Assembly: GCA_013265495.1 (NCBI GenBank)
Contig: MU058213.1
Coordinates: forward strand, 2,046,001-2,110,000
Direction: 5' to 3'
DNA: 64,000 nucleotides
Origin: Vicugna vicugna
Lineage: Eukaryota
Part shown: piece by piece, positions 1-11,529 of the stretch
Layout of the letters: every line of letters starts with the position of its first letter
How positions within the stretch are numbered: position 1 is the first letter of the stretch
Translations under genes and position numbers: made by a program
Notes under the pieces: model-generated
What the model saw: the letters and a program-made list of their open reading frames with translations, nothing else
Database searches by the model: none
Told to the model about the DNA's origin: nothing

Positions 1-2869
1 AATCCTCTAACAAGAATTATATCTCTGATCTGTCTGACTTCAAAGATTATCCCACTTCTCAACTGACTTGAGAATAAGAGTGATGACACCACCACCTGTT
101 TACAGTTACTCTTTACAGATGAACCAGCCCACCTATTTCTTTAAAAACAAAACAAATCAAAAACAACTTAGGTCCAACCACAGGAGTGATTAAGGTACCA
201 CATTACCCTTTAATTGAAGGGTAAATGTATAAATAATGTACAAAACCTATTCATTACATGTGTGAAAGGACATGTGTGGGCAAGAGTGTTTTCCAAGCAT
301 CAGGACTTAATGCAGAAACAACCACAAAAAGCCCACTGTTACCGTAACACTGGTGTCAGGGAACAAGACTCACAGTACAAAGTGAGATTTCGATACTGTA
401 GTGATTTCAATGCCACGTGTCACAAGAGTAGCTGAGGGAGACAGGTAAGACATGACTACCTACAGGCCAACAGAAACCAGACAAAGGTAGCGCTTTCTAA
501 CATACTCTGGTTTCTCCTTATCCTGAAACAAATGTCCCTGGCAAGGGGGATCCCTCTTGTCACTTCTCTGTTAGGTTTCTACTGACCAGAGGAGTTATAT
601 CCAGTGAAATCGAGAAATTCTGTCCCTGGGGCATAAATAAATGCCCAACTCCTATAGTTCATGGGAGTCTGAGAACCTGAGAGGCCTGGAATCGATCCAA
701 CCCATTTTAACGAGCAAGAAACTACCTAGTAATACCTTGTTTGTATTTCTTGGAGGAGGGACACAAGAAACACTTATTTCATTCCACACAATAACTCACC
801 ACAATCAGAAGGAGCACAGCAAGGGCAACACCATCTCCCAGCTGCTGATTACATCAAAGGCTTGCAGCACAAATTCAATTTTATGATGTTAATCTCGGCC
901 TGCCACTCAGAAATTTTCTCTGAGGGATATGATTTTTCTCTGGATTTCATTTTAAGAATGATTTTCTTCGTCCACAATCAATAAAGATATGTTTTCATCA
1001 AAAGACTCTATCTTGGTAGAATTCAATTGGCTATTTCAATCCCTTTTAGTGACACAATATTAATTAAAATAGTTTATGTTGCACTTCAGCTGGAAAAAAG
1101 AGGCAGCAAAAATAGCAGCTACTCAGAACACATGTTCTGTGCACATCAACATGGAGGGCAGAAAATAATTTTCTCTTTCTCCAGGTGACAGACATTAGCT
1201 ATTCAAGAGAGTTGCTCTGACTTACTTTTATCTCTGTGGTCCCACTGGAAAAAAAAACAAAAGGCTCTTCCTGTTTGTATATTTTGTTCAGCAGGAAATC
1301 AAAATGCACATAAAGAAGATGCTCACTTCCCAGTGCCTCAAGAGAAGCAGAAATAAATGTCTGTGCCTGTGTGGCATATTGGGCTGTTATTAAGAATCAC
1401 AGTCCCTGTTTCTCTTAACTAAAAAGAATATTGTAATGCTATGAAAAATTCTTTTCATTTTCAATTTCTAAACAATGATTGCAATTGAATACATTATATT
1501 TTTTAAAAAGGAAACATATAGAATTAGTACAGAGTTTTTCACATTTAAAAAAGAGGAGAAAATTGAGAAATGTATTACAGGAGATTAATTCCATTTTAAC
1601 TGTGATTTTGAGAGTGTTAGTTCACTTAACAAATATTTATGAAGGGCCTACTGTGTGCCTGACTCTGGTCACCACTTAAGGCTGAGAGAATATGAACTTG
1701 AGGCTGGAAATCTGAATTTTAAACCAGCTCTCCAAAGATATTCTTATTGACATTGGAGGCTAAGGAACTTAATCAATCTTATCACCCTCCATGCACAGCA
1801 CAATTAATGAAATATACAAATTAACTGATAAATTTAAAGCAATATTCATTTAATGAATGACCAAAAAGAACAATTCCCTCAAGACGTTTTTACTCAGGGC
1901 CTGGTCTGCATGGCCTGGTGAGATCACCAATACTTGGCCGGTCTGATCTGGGCCTTCCACAGCAAACAGGCCTCGTCTGGCTCCTAACCTAGTATTTTTC
2001 TCTGCAAGGACTGAAACTTAAGAGTAGTGTCTTTTCTGTCTACTGCTATCTAAATGACATGTAGAAAGAAATCTTCCATGTTCTGTAGGACTTTGCAATG
2101 AAACTGCTTAAGGCCTTTCCATGTGGAGACAGGCTTAAAGAGGAAAACTAGGTATTCAATCCTTGAGCAAATGCAAGAGGGATCAAGTTAGAATGTTGAG
2201 GCAAAGTCTTCCTTATTTCAAAGAATTCTTAGAGCTAACAATACCAAAGAAAAAAGTCACAGGAGGGTAGGATCCTCTAACAAATTCCTCCCCAAATGTT
2301 CAGTTTGGATTTTGGTACTCCAGAATAAGTAATGCATTTTCCAGATTGTCTCTCCACAAAAATTTTCTCTAAAAGACTTACTTTGATTGCTCAGACTGTA
2401 AACAAGGACTGGAGCACGAAGCAGGGCCTGAGATCCTATCATGTAAATACAGGAATGCTAACCTTTGTCCAGCAAAGAACTCTCAGTGTGGTGGAACTCC
2501 CTCTAGAGAGCCTGGTCTTAAAACAGACAGGCCTAAAAAGACAGTCTTAGTTGAAGGAAAACCTGCCTCGGTTGGGGAGTAGGGATAGTGGTGGCAAAAG
2601 TACTTGATACTAAACAATGAGAAGTTACGATGTTTCTTGGCCTGCTGTTTATAATATGCATGAAAATGGTCAGTCTCATCTATACTCAAGGCTGGATTTG
2701 TGTTATATTTTCTATCATCAAGGGACTGAGATGGGTGTAGGGAATCTCATTGGTTGACTGTCACCTGCACATCAGACAGCCTCGTGTTTTATAGGCAGCT
2801 AAGTCTTCCAACAAAGTTGTGAGGTAGACATGCTTATAAGAGAGACTTGAAGATTATATAAGGACATAT

Positions 2870-3010
2870 TGATGTAAAATAATATACAACCCTCATTTTA
2901 CATGTGAGGAAACTAAAGCTCATAGAAGTAAAATAATTTGTCAACATCCCATAGCCAGTAAAGGATGGGACAGCACAGGGACTTTGCGCGATGATTTGCA
3001 TTGGTCCTGC
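2870..3010 (-). mobile_element. MIR SINE fragment
   Basis: MIR core CCCTCATTTTACATGTGAGGAAACTAAAGCTC. Confidence 0.75.
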
Positions 3011-3029
3011 TCTCTCACCCTGTGATACC

Positions 3030-3350
3030 TTCACACAAATTCTTCCCTTGGCCTGAAATACTCTTCCTCAGCACTTCCTCCTGGTAAGCTCCTATAAAAA
3101 TGGAACCTCCAAAACTGGAACTAAGTTTTAACTCCTTTGAGCCTCCCCTGGTTGATACCCTTCTACTCCCAGCATTCCCTGTTCTACCTTTACCAGAGCT
3201 CTTATCACTCTGCTCAAATTCTTCTCATGTCTGTCACCTGAACTATACTGTGAATGCTTGGAGGGCACGAACTTGTTCTTTTGTCCCTTGCATTCTGCTG
3301 GCAGGTAGCTTCACATACAACAAGAAGTCAAAAAAAGTTGAGGAGGAATT
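3030..3350 (+). mobile_element. L2 3' fragment
   Basis: ...CTGTGAATGCTTGGAGGGCAC... resembles the L2 3' end. Confidence 0.6.
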
Positions 3351-3784
3351 CAAAGAATTAATGTGTTCATTATGAAAGCATATGATATGGCTTCAAGAGG
3401 TGCCTCTTTTCTCCTTCCTTCTCTCAGACAGATCAGTTTGTAAATGATCATCTTGAATGTAACTCTGAGGTCTGCACAAAGAACAAAAGGCAGATGTAGA
3501 AAAAACACCCTTGGCTATCAACACACATTTTAATTCCTACTCAAGCAGCTTAAAATCATATCGGCTTTCTGGGCCCTCACAACTCACCACTGACTCAGGG
3601 GAAACACATAGTCAATTGACCATGAGGTTGATTGGTTCAATTAATTACAACCTCCTCATCCTGTACTTGCTTACTTTTTAAACACTCATATATAGGACTT
3701 TACATTTTTCCAGGTTAAATTTCATCAATTTAAAAGTAAAAGAGAAAAGAGGTCAGTGTTGGGAAAAAAATCAAAAAACAACTC

Positions 3785-4005
3785 ATATTATTTATTGACC
3801 ATTAAGTTGTAGACACGGCTATTTACATTATGTGCATCACCTCATTTGAATCTCATAATGATCCAAGGCTTTATTATTGTCTTTATTCTGAACGTGAGGA
3901 AAATGAGGCTTGGAGAATATAAGTAGCTTACCCAAGATAAGAGCTAGAAAACCAAGACAGACTTAGGAGTCTCCAAAACTCATGCTCTTAACTACTGCTC
4001 TACCC
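3785..4005 (-). mobile_element. MIR SINE
   Basis: GTGAGGAAAATGAGGCTTGGAGA...GCTTACCCAAG...CATGCTCTTAACTACT. Confidence 0.75.
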
Positions 4006-4208
4006 TGCTTAGGTGGGGAGGGCAGTACCCAGCATGTTAGGAAGCCCTTTGGAAATAAGAGCAAACCCTAGGAGAGATATTGCTCTAGAGCAGTGATACC
4101 TAGCTCTAGAAATAAGGAGCTGCCTTTTATAGAAGAGTTCAAAGTGACCTGAATGTCCTTTAAGACCAAACAAAATTTTCTCATTTTTAAGACAAAAATG
4201 ACACATAT

Positions 4209-4684
4209 ACAGATGACTGATTAAAGAAGCTGTGGTATATTTATACAATGTAATACTCGTCAGCCATAAAAAAAATAATGCCATTGCCAGTAACAAGGAT
4301 GGACCTGGAGATCATCATTATAAGTGAAGTAACCCAGAAAGAGAAAGAAAGATACCAGATGATATTGCTTAATATGTGGAATAAAAAAAAAAAGACACAA
4401 ATGAACTTATTTACAAGACAGAAACAGACTCACAGACAGAGAGAACAAACTTACGATTACCAGAGGGTAGAGAGGGTAAGAAGGGATAAATTGGGGTTTC
4501 AAAATTTGCAGACACTACCTACTATATATAAAACAGATAAACAACAAGTTTCTTCTGTTTAACACAAGAAAGTATATTCAATATCTTGTAGTAACCTATA
4601 ATGAAAAAGAATATATATATATGACTAAAACATGGTACACCAGAAACTGATACAGCATTGTAAACTGTCTATACTTCAATAAAA
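4209..4684 (+). mobile_element. 5'-truncated L1 (ORF2 end plus 3' UTR, artiodactyl/camelid type)
   Basis: Degenerate ORF2 C-terminus (MDLEIIIISEVTQKEKERYQMI); 3' UTR ends TATACTTCAATAAAA; no poly(A) tail or clear 3' TSD. Confidence 0.9.
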
Positions 4685-4722
4685 GGACTTGCTGAGTTAG
4701 TTTAGGTACTTGCCAGGACTTC
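4684..4722 (+). repeat. 39-bp exact copy of 6740-6778
   Basis: AGGACTTGCTGAGTTAGTTTAGGTACTTGCCAGGACTTC is identical at both sites. Confidence 0.97.
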
Positions 4723-5411
4723 AGAGATGGTCTGGTATGAGAACTCAGTGCACATATTCTTGTAGTCTTTATCCCCACCTCATCTCCTTGCCTCCAACTC
4801 AGTCTAGAGCAGAATTTAATCTAAAAATGTTACAACTGGGCAGGGAATCTACACATTCAGAACAGTGCTCTAGAGAGATGTCCTTTATAATGCACTGACA
4901 GAGTTATAAATAAGAGATGCTGCATATGGTAACATTACTAAATAAGAGAAAGAGTAAGTGAATTGTCAAGCCACAAATATATCTGAATGCAGCAACCTTG
5001 AAACTTAGAAATATTCCTAATACCATTAATTTCCAAGGTTCCATGGAGTTCTTTAATAACTTACATACACTTCTATTCCAGTTGCCCTCTATAAACTAAA
5101 ACCTTAGATACCTAAAGTATTCACTTCATTGGATAGAAACCATTAATGTAAGATTTCACACACAGGGAGAGGCTTAACAGTTGATATTTTATTGGTAAAA
5201 TAGTTTTAATTTTAAGAGATCCTCCCCAAAAGGTGAAAATATTGGAATTCAACAGAGGCCCAATTTTCACAGTTTAAAAAATAATAATCACTTTACTAGA
5301 GCATTTCATGGAAAAATTTCCCTTTCTGTTACAATCTTTTGCATTCTTCACAGAAAACACTGTTGGTGTGCTTTAATATTGAAGGAACTAAAGGAGGGCG
5401 AAGGAGCAAAA

Positions 5412-5421
5412 GTCACGTGAC
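5412..5421. promoter_or_regulatory. Perfect GTCACGTGAC E-box (USF / MiT-TFE CLEAR type)
   Basis: 10-bp palindrome with an intact CpG, ~1 kb from the CpG island. Confidence 0.5.
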
Positions 5422-5880
5422 CAAATTAACCGCGAGTACTTGCAGAACAAAAGAGGTTGCTTTCTTCTTTCCTGGTCTTTAATAGGTGAGAACTAGGGAG
5501 GGTGGAGTGTAACCACACTGTGTTGGGGGTTGGGAGGGGTTGGGCGGGGGTAGGAAAGAGAGTGAAAGAAACAGAAGTTTCTAAATCTTTTCTTCAGGTA
5601 AAAATATTCCCAACAGGTGACCTAGTCTCCAAAGGTGACCTTGAACTCTTTTACCATTAAAACTACTAGGGGGAGAAAGAATGTTAACGCTGCTGTACAG
5701 TAACATTCTGTTTGCATCTTAGTTAACAATTGAGAAATGAACATATAAAAAAATTTTTTTAAAGAGATAAACCCAAACATGCTCTAATCAGGGAGGAGGG
5801 TGGAATAAGGAAGCCCCCATCTTCAAGGGAGTGTTATTAGTACTTCACCTTTTGCAGATTTTCGTCAATGCAGACCTCAC

Positions 5881-6420
5881 CCTCTGTATTTTCCTGTCCC
5901 AGGTCTAACTTTACAAATGACAAAAGCCTTGTGTCCGCAACCTTTTTTGCTGGCTTAGCCGCAGGCACGCAACCAGGAAAGTTTTCACCAGATCCTATGC
6001 TCCAAGCTGTCACACCCTCGCCAGCCGGTGTCCGCCGGATCTTTTCCCCGGCTGCTGGAGTCAGCTTAATGAATTCAACCGACTCCCGTCCCATAGAAGT
6101 TGGATTTTCGAGTCCCAAGAAAGTCTCAGTAGTGAATGGCGAATCTCTTAAAAGTATCTGGGAGCAGACTCTGCCCAGGACCACAGGTAGAAATACTAGG
6201 GTCCTCACCAACACCCCGCCCTCCCCTACTCTAAAGGACTAATTTGACAAGTACATGCCTGCGGTTCCTACTGATGGGACATCTGGAAAAGACAGTAGAA
6301 AACTTGGAGCAGAAAAAGAGGCTATAGCAACTGATACGCGCGCTCACCTTCTTTCCTCGCCCTCAGTATCCAAACCCCCGGCCTGAGGGCGGGAAATCGA
6401 GCGGAGGCACGAGCCTGGGG
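5881..6420 (-). other. Region of alternative 5' UTR exons and donors of the same gene
   Basis: Donors AAG|GTGAGC (exon end 6348), TTG|GTGAGG (6209) and AGG|GTGAGG (5881); acceptor with a long pyrimidine tract ...TTTTCTACTGTCTTTTCCAG| (exon start 6282). Confidence 0.4.
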
Positions 6421-7070
6421 CAGTCAGACACCCGCGCCTGGGACACGGGAGCCCGAGCCCACGGGGCGCCCGCCTTACCCGAGCCTGGCTGCGGCGAAGC
6501 AGCAGAGGCACAGAAGCCTGGCAGCTGGGTAACCGGACTCCACGGCTGCCCCTCGGGACTGCCGGCCACGCCCCGGCCACGCCCCAGCCCGACGCCACGC
6601 CCCGGGACCGCGTCCCCGCTCCCCCTCCCCGCCCCGCGCCGCGCTCCGGCTTCCTCCGGCCGCAGCCGCCCGGCGGCCCCGCCGCTCCCTCCTCCCTCCC
6701 TGGCGGAGGCGGCTGGAGCGGGCCAGCCCGCGGGCGTCGAGGACTTGCTGAGTTAGTTTAGGTACTTGCCAGGACTTCCAGGGCTGGGCAGAGTTTGAGT
6801 TGAAGTGAGGAAAATTAAGGTAGGCCAGGTGACCTGGACCCTCGCCCGGCACCGACAGGGCCTGGGGGCCCCGGGACCTCTGATGAGGGAGGAGAGGAAG
6901 TTGCCCTGGAGACCGCCTCCTCCCCGCAGGGGACGGCGACAGTCCAGGGTCTACGCTGGCTGGAAAACTCACCGGGAAACCGGCGTCCTAACCTGCTGCG
7001 AGTGAGCCGAGTACAACTTGAGTGGGTAGCTGAGGAAAATGGGGTCGGTTTGTTTTTCACGGGCTTCTTA
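6330..7070. promoter_or_regulatory. CpG-island promoter, probably bidirectional
   Basis: Abrupt GC- and CpG-rich block in an otherwise CpG-depleted window; SP/KLF boxes (G)GCCACGCCCC at 6564-6574, 6575-6585 and 6594-6603; splice donors pointing outward on both strands. Confidence 0.9.
6479..6560 (-). other. Putative non-coding first exon of an unidentified minus-strand gene
   Basis: Strong donor CGG|GTAAGG (GT at 6478-6477) just downstream of the GC boxes on the minus strand. The TSS position is estimated. Confidence 0.6.
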
Positions 7071-7279
7071 GTTAGCTTTTCCTCACAACCTGTGGGCAGC
7101 CGAGCCCTGGAGTCTCAGACTCCCGGCAGCACTTGGGGAGAGATTTTTCAACTACCTCCTTTTTTTTTTTTTCAGTGACACTGGCCTGGCTTCCCAGATA
7201 CTAAGAATTCTTGGCCAGGCCCGAGTTAGAGCACAAGTTTGAGGTCTCCTCTGAGGTCTCACGTCGCGTATCCTGCACT

Positions 7280-7565
7280 TCGGTGTGAAATCCCTCTGAG
7301 GAGGATGCTCCTCTCATCTTCACCATCCTCTCTGCCTGGTTAGTGCCTATTCTTGGTCCATCTGGAGCATCACTCACCCCATGCAGGCTAGGTATTCCTC
7401 CTGTGCCCTCCCAGGACTCCAGATGCCTCACTTCCTCTGCATGACGCTCTTCACAACCTACTGCAGTTACTTGTTGCATGGCCTCCCCTGCTTGACTAGC
7501 AGGTCGGTGAAGACAGGAACACCAGATGTGTAGTAGATACATAATAAATACTGTTGACCGATGGC
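7280..7565 (+). mobile_element. L2 3' fragment
   Basis: Ends TAGTAGATACATAATAAATACTGTTGA, like the L2 terminus. Confidence 0.6.
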
Positions 7566-8062
7566 AGGCATCTAACAGTCGCCTTTGAAGGTGACCCCAG
7601 GGCCCAGTTCTTTAGTGACCTTTGCTCACCTGTCTTTAACTTCTGAGTCTGCACAATTTTATTTCAGAGTTAACATTCCCACCCCCATTGCCACTCCCAA
7701 GTCTTCATCCTGCCTCTTGAGCAGAGGCTTCTCCTTCAGTCTTCTTAAAGATACAGGTATGGAAAGAGCCCTCGACTTGGTTCCTCTTGTCTCAGCTCTG
7801 CTAGCTGGCTTAGTGGTCTTAGTTGCCCTCAACCATTGTGGGTCTCAGATAAGAGCCTTTGATACTTTTAAGGCCCAGGAAAATGGGGGGGGGGGTGGCG
7901 GGGAGAATGGGAAAAAAACTTCTTGTTTGAAAAAAATGTTAATAATATACAATATTGATTTATCAGTCTTTATTGCAAGTGCAGTGGTTAACAATGTTGA
8001 ACTTTCCAAGCCCTTTGATCTTGGAAGACAGTAAGGGTTAAAGAAATCTTCCCACTGCTTCA

Positions 8063-8602
8063 TGTTCTGGAAATGAGAACTGGTTTATTGCAAGGAATCG
8101 TCCTTCCCCAGATGACTTAAATAAGACCTACTGATAAGACTTACCTTGTTTATCTATGACACAGACCCTCCAAATTCCCATTCCTTGCATCATAAATGAT
8201 TAGCTGAACTGTTTGTGCTCATTAACCAGTCTGAACAAAATACCTGCTACTTTGACTTGATCAAACTTTAGTTAGGCTTCTCTCTTTCTTACTGGTCCTG
8301 AACTTTGCCCAGTTCTCAGCCTGAGCCCACATACAGCCCCGCCTTCCAACTCCCTGAAAATAGGCTTTCCCTTCTCTACTATAAGATTATGCCACTCCAG
8401 GTCATCCCAGTTCCCCACATCCTGTTATGTCCATTGTTTATTCCTCCATAGAAATGACCTTTTCCACCTAACCTTCCAAAGGCTTGCAGATATAAGGATC
8501 AAATCTTTTTCCCTGTAGTGATACCCTCCACCCCCAATTGCAATAGTCTCATAAAAATTATTTTGAATGAAGTCTCTTATTGCCTTGCTTTTTTATCTGA
8601 CC
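8063..8602 (+). mobile_element. ERV1-class solo LTR (MER67/MER31-related)
   Basis: TG start; TTGATCAAACTTTAGTTAGGCTTC and ATTGCAATAGTC motifs resemble those in the MER31 copy at 34.6 kb. Confidence 0.65.
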
Positions 8603-8624
8603 TTGTGAAATGTAATTTTTAATA

Positions 8625-8930
8625 CAGGCATAGCTCAGAAGTATTGCGGGTTCAGTTCCAGACCACTGCAGTAAAGGGAGTCACATTTTTTCGGTTTTCC
8701 AGTAAGTATAAAATTTATGTCCACACCATACTGTAGTCTGTTAAGTGTGCAATAGTATTATGTCCAAAAAAAAAGCAAAGTGCATACTTTAATTAAAAAA
8801 ATAATGCTCTTGGAAAAATGGCACTGACAGACTTGCTCCACGCAGGTTTTTATAAGCCTTCAGTGTATAAAAAAAACACAGTGTCTGTGAAGCCCAGTAA
8901 AGTGAAGCACAGTAAAAGAAGGTGTGCCTG
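8625..8930 (-). mobile_element. Internally deleted Tigger1 derivative (TcMar DNA transposon)
   Basis: Both termini present (TA|CAGGCATA...GGTGTGCCTG) and joined within 306 bp. Confidence 0.85.
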
Positions 8931-9647
8931 TGTTGTTTATGAGGGAAGGGTCCCCAAAGCAAAAGTGCCCTGTCTCATTCCTGGCTGTAAAATGGAGAAG
9001 TTAGATTATATAGAGCAAGGTCTTTTTTGGCCACAAAACTAGTGAATTCAGAAGCTGAATTTCTGAAGAAAAGCAAGTCAGACCTTACAGGGCTCAGCAG
9101 GAGGAGCACACTGGCACCGGAGGTGGTTTGTTCGGCAAGCCTGGTGTTGTTGTTGCTGTTATTTTTTAATTGAATTTGAATGTCACAGTCCTTGTCAGTC
9201 TCTATAGTCTTTACCATTTATATTACCTATTTGGTCATTGAAGGTGTTGAAGTCTGTGTCCCTAGAATGCTTTGGTGTTCTCAGAAAAGTGCCTTGAATT
9301 ACAGAAATATCTCCTCCCTGTCCTCCACTGCATCAATAGGGATCACCAGGCAATGATGTCTGTTAATCTCTATACTGTAGGATTCAGGTGCTTGAATGAA
9401 AGGACAAATATTTCATTTATAGTTGAAATGTGTTTCTTTGATGATAAGATACTATCCAGTGCCACCATCTCTCCTTTCTAAGCATTGAGAGATTTTTGCC
9501 AGATAAAATAAATATCCCTGGAGGGTGTATGGTAATTTAACTTCAAATCAGGATAGAGTCTCTGACATACGATAATAAAAAAAATGAAAAGAAATAATGC
9601 ATAAGGATATTAGTTTGGCCAATTCTGTGAAATAATAAAAAATAACT

Positions 9648-10141
9648 TGTGATGGTTTTAATACATGTCCAAAACTTCGATAATACTTCTCCATTTGATG
9701 GCGCCTAATTCCCCACCCCTTGAGCGTGGGCAATATTTAGTGACTGGCTTCTAACATATAGAATGTGGTGGCAATGATGGAGAGTGACTATCAATGTACG
9801 TGGTAAAATGATATTGTAACTTCCTCCATGTTCTCCCTCTCTCTTGGATCTCTCTCTGGAGAAAGCTGGTTAACCTGTAGTTAGGACGTGCAGGGAACTT
9901 TATAGAGAGGTCCGTGTGGTTAGGAACTGAGGTCTCCTGCCCATAGCCATCACAAAGCTGAGGCTCCTTCATGTGAAGATGCCAGCTGAGACATGACTCC
10001 TCCAGTCCCAGCTGACATCTTGACTGCAACCTGTGAGACACCTTGAGCCAGGCCCACAGACTTCAGCCTCTCCTGAATCCCTGACTCACAGATACTCCAC
10101 TAAGTTTTGTGGTGATTTGTTACACAATAGAAGACTAATAC
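9648..10141 (+). mobile_element. MaLR solo LTR (MLT1F/G-like)
   Basis: GGAACTGAGG...CCAGCTGACATCTTGACTGCAACC...CTAAGTTTTGTGGTGATTTGTTACA...ACTAATAC. Confidence 0.85.
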
Positions 10142-10349
10142 GGAATTTATTCAAGAACCTTTCCTGATGTGGATGGGCCAAAGATGATAAAGCTAATAAT
10201 ATCAGGCATTGTAGATTTTTCTGCATTATAACGTCTTCTGTATCTTCACAAACCCTTTTGATAGGCTGAACTATGTGGACTTTTATCATTCATCTTAACT
10301 ATCCAGAATTTGCCCCTGTTTTCTGTGTTTGGAGAGTCTGTGGGGCAGA

Positions 10350-10781
10350 GTCTGTATTTTCATGGAGAAGCTGTAAAACACTGCCTTTACTTTCTCTTTG
10401 ATGCTCCATTATGCTCAGGACATGGACACATATTCTCAGTTGTGCCAATCAGATTCATAGCCCCAGACAAAATACATCCGGGTGTGGGAGGTGGCAGCCA
10501 CAGCCACATCTGCTTCCAGAGGCAGCAGTGCAGTGCTTCCAGCGGTTGCACCCAGTGAAGAGCAGCAGGGGTATCACTGTCTGTGCCCAGTGCTGGCGGC
10601 AGTGATGCCTCCATGATACCAGTGCTACAGGACGATTTGGACTTTGTCATGATTGTATAACGTACAAACTTGGTCTTCCACTTCCTGAGAAAGATTCTAT
10701 ATCCTTTTATAAAATCCTTTTCTGCTTAGAATAGCAAGTATTGCTTTCTCTTGCACATAACTAAAAATCCTGACTGATACA
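10350..10781 (+). mobile_element. ERVL solo LTR (LTR33/LTR41-like)
   Basis: 3' end AAATCCTTTTCTGCTTA...CCTGACTGATACA; GGCAGCAGTG-rich middle. Confidence 0.7.
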
Positions 10782-11529
10782 GGCAGATACTTTCTTCATT
10801 TTGCAGATGAGAACATTGAAGACTAAAGTTGTTAAATGATGTGTCACTAGATAAAAAGGCAAGTGAGAGAACTGGAATACATTGATTAGTACAGACTGGG
10901 CTAAGCAAACATATTTAAATTTAGCATTTAAAAGCTAAAGGATTTATATAATAAAAAAAAATTTTGATAATGATTCTTCTTTAAACCAGCCACTTCTCTG
11001 CCCTGCCCCATATATTAAGTGCCAATATTACAGCACTGAATCCATTATTGCTTCAGAAATGGACTCTGCTCTTCCAGACTTTCTTGATATTGTGCAGATA
11101 ATTCTTCCTGCAAATGCTTTTCTCTGTCCATCCCTGCCTCCCACACATTTTAACAAATTTGCCTCTTCTGACTTCAAAACCCAGATTTAGTGATGATTCC
11201 TCTTTGCAGCCTCTTCTGAGCCCTCAGGAAGAGGTAATTATTCCCACACACTCCTCATGCTGTCTCAGGGTTCTGTTTCTATGCATGACAAAATGCTTAC
11301 TAAGCTTGTTTATCTGTGTGAGCAACCCCAGCATATCCCAACAGAAGAAACAGAAAGGTTCCACACTCTGCCCAGCCAAAGGAGAGCGTCTTGAAAAAAT
11401 AGCGGGCTTAGAACAAAGTCTACTTATTGAACAGGGACCCTAGTGCTTTAATGCCGTCAGCTGTAAGAATGCTGAAAACTAAGTATATAATCCCATGTGA
11501 GACACTGGGGACATTTTCGCAAAATAAAA

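Noticed and set aside
5837..6242. Antiparallel 125-aa and 124-aa ORFs
   Set aside because: No similarity to any protein I recognise; the region fits UTR or intron better.
4684..6778. The two 39-bp repeats as termini or TSD of a 2-kb mobile element, or as a CRISPR-like array
   Set aside because: Only two copies; too long for a TSD; the enclosed DNA is host promoter and intron with no transposon features.
6344..7060. ORFs of 66-165 aa across the CpG island
   Set aside because: Arg/Gly/Pro/Ala-rich, overlapping on both strands and with no recognisable domain; expected from stop-codon scarcity in GC-rich DNA.
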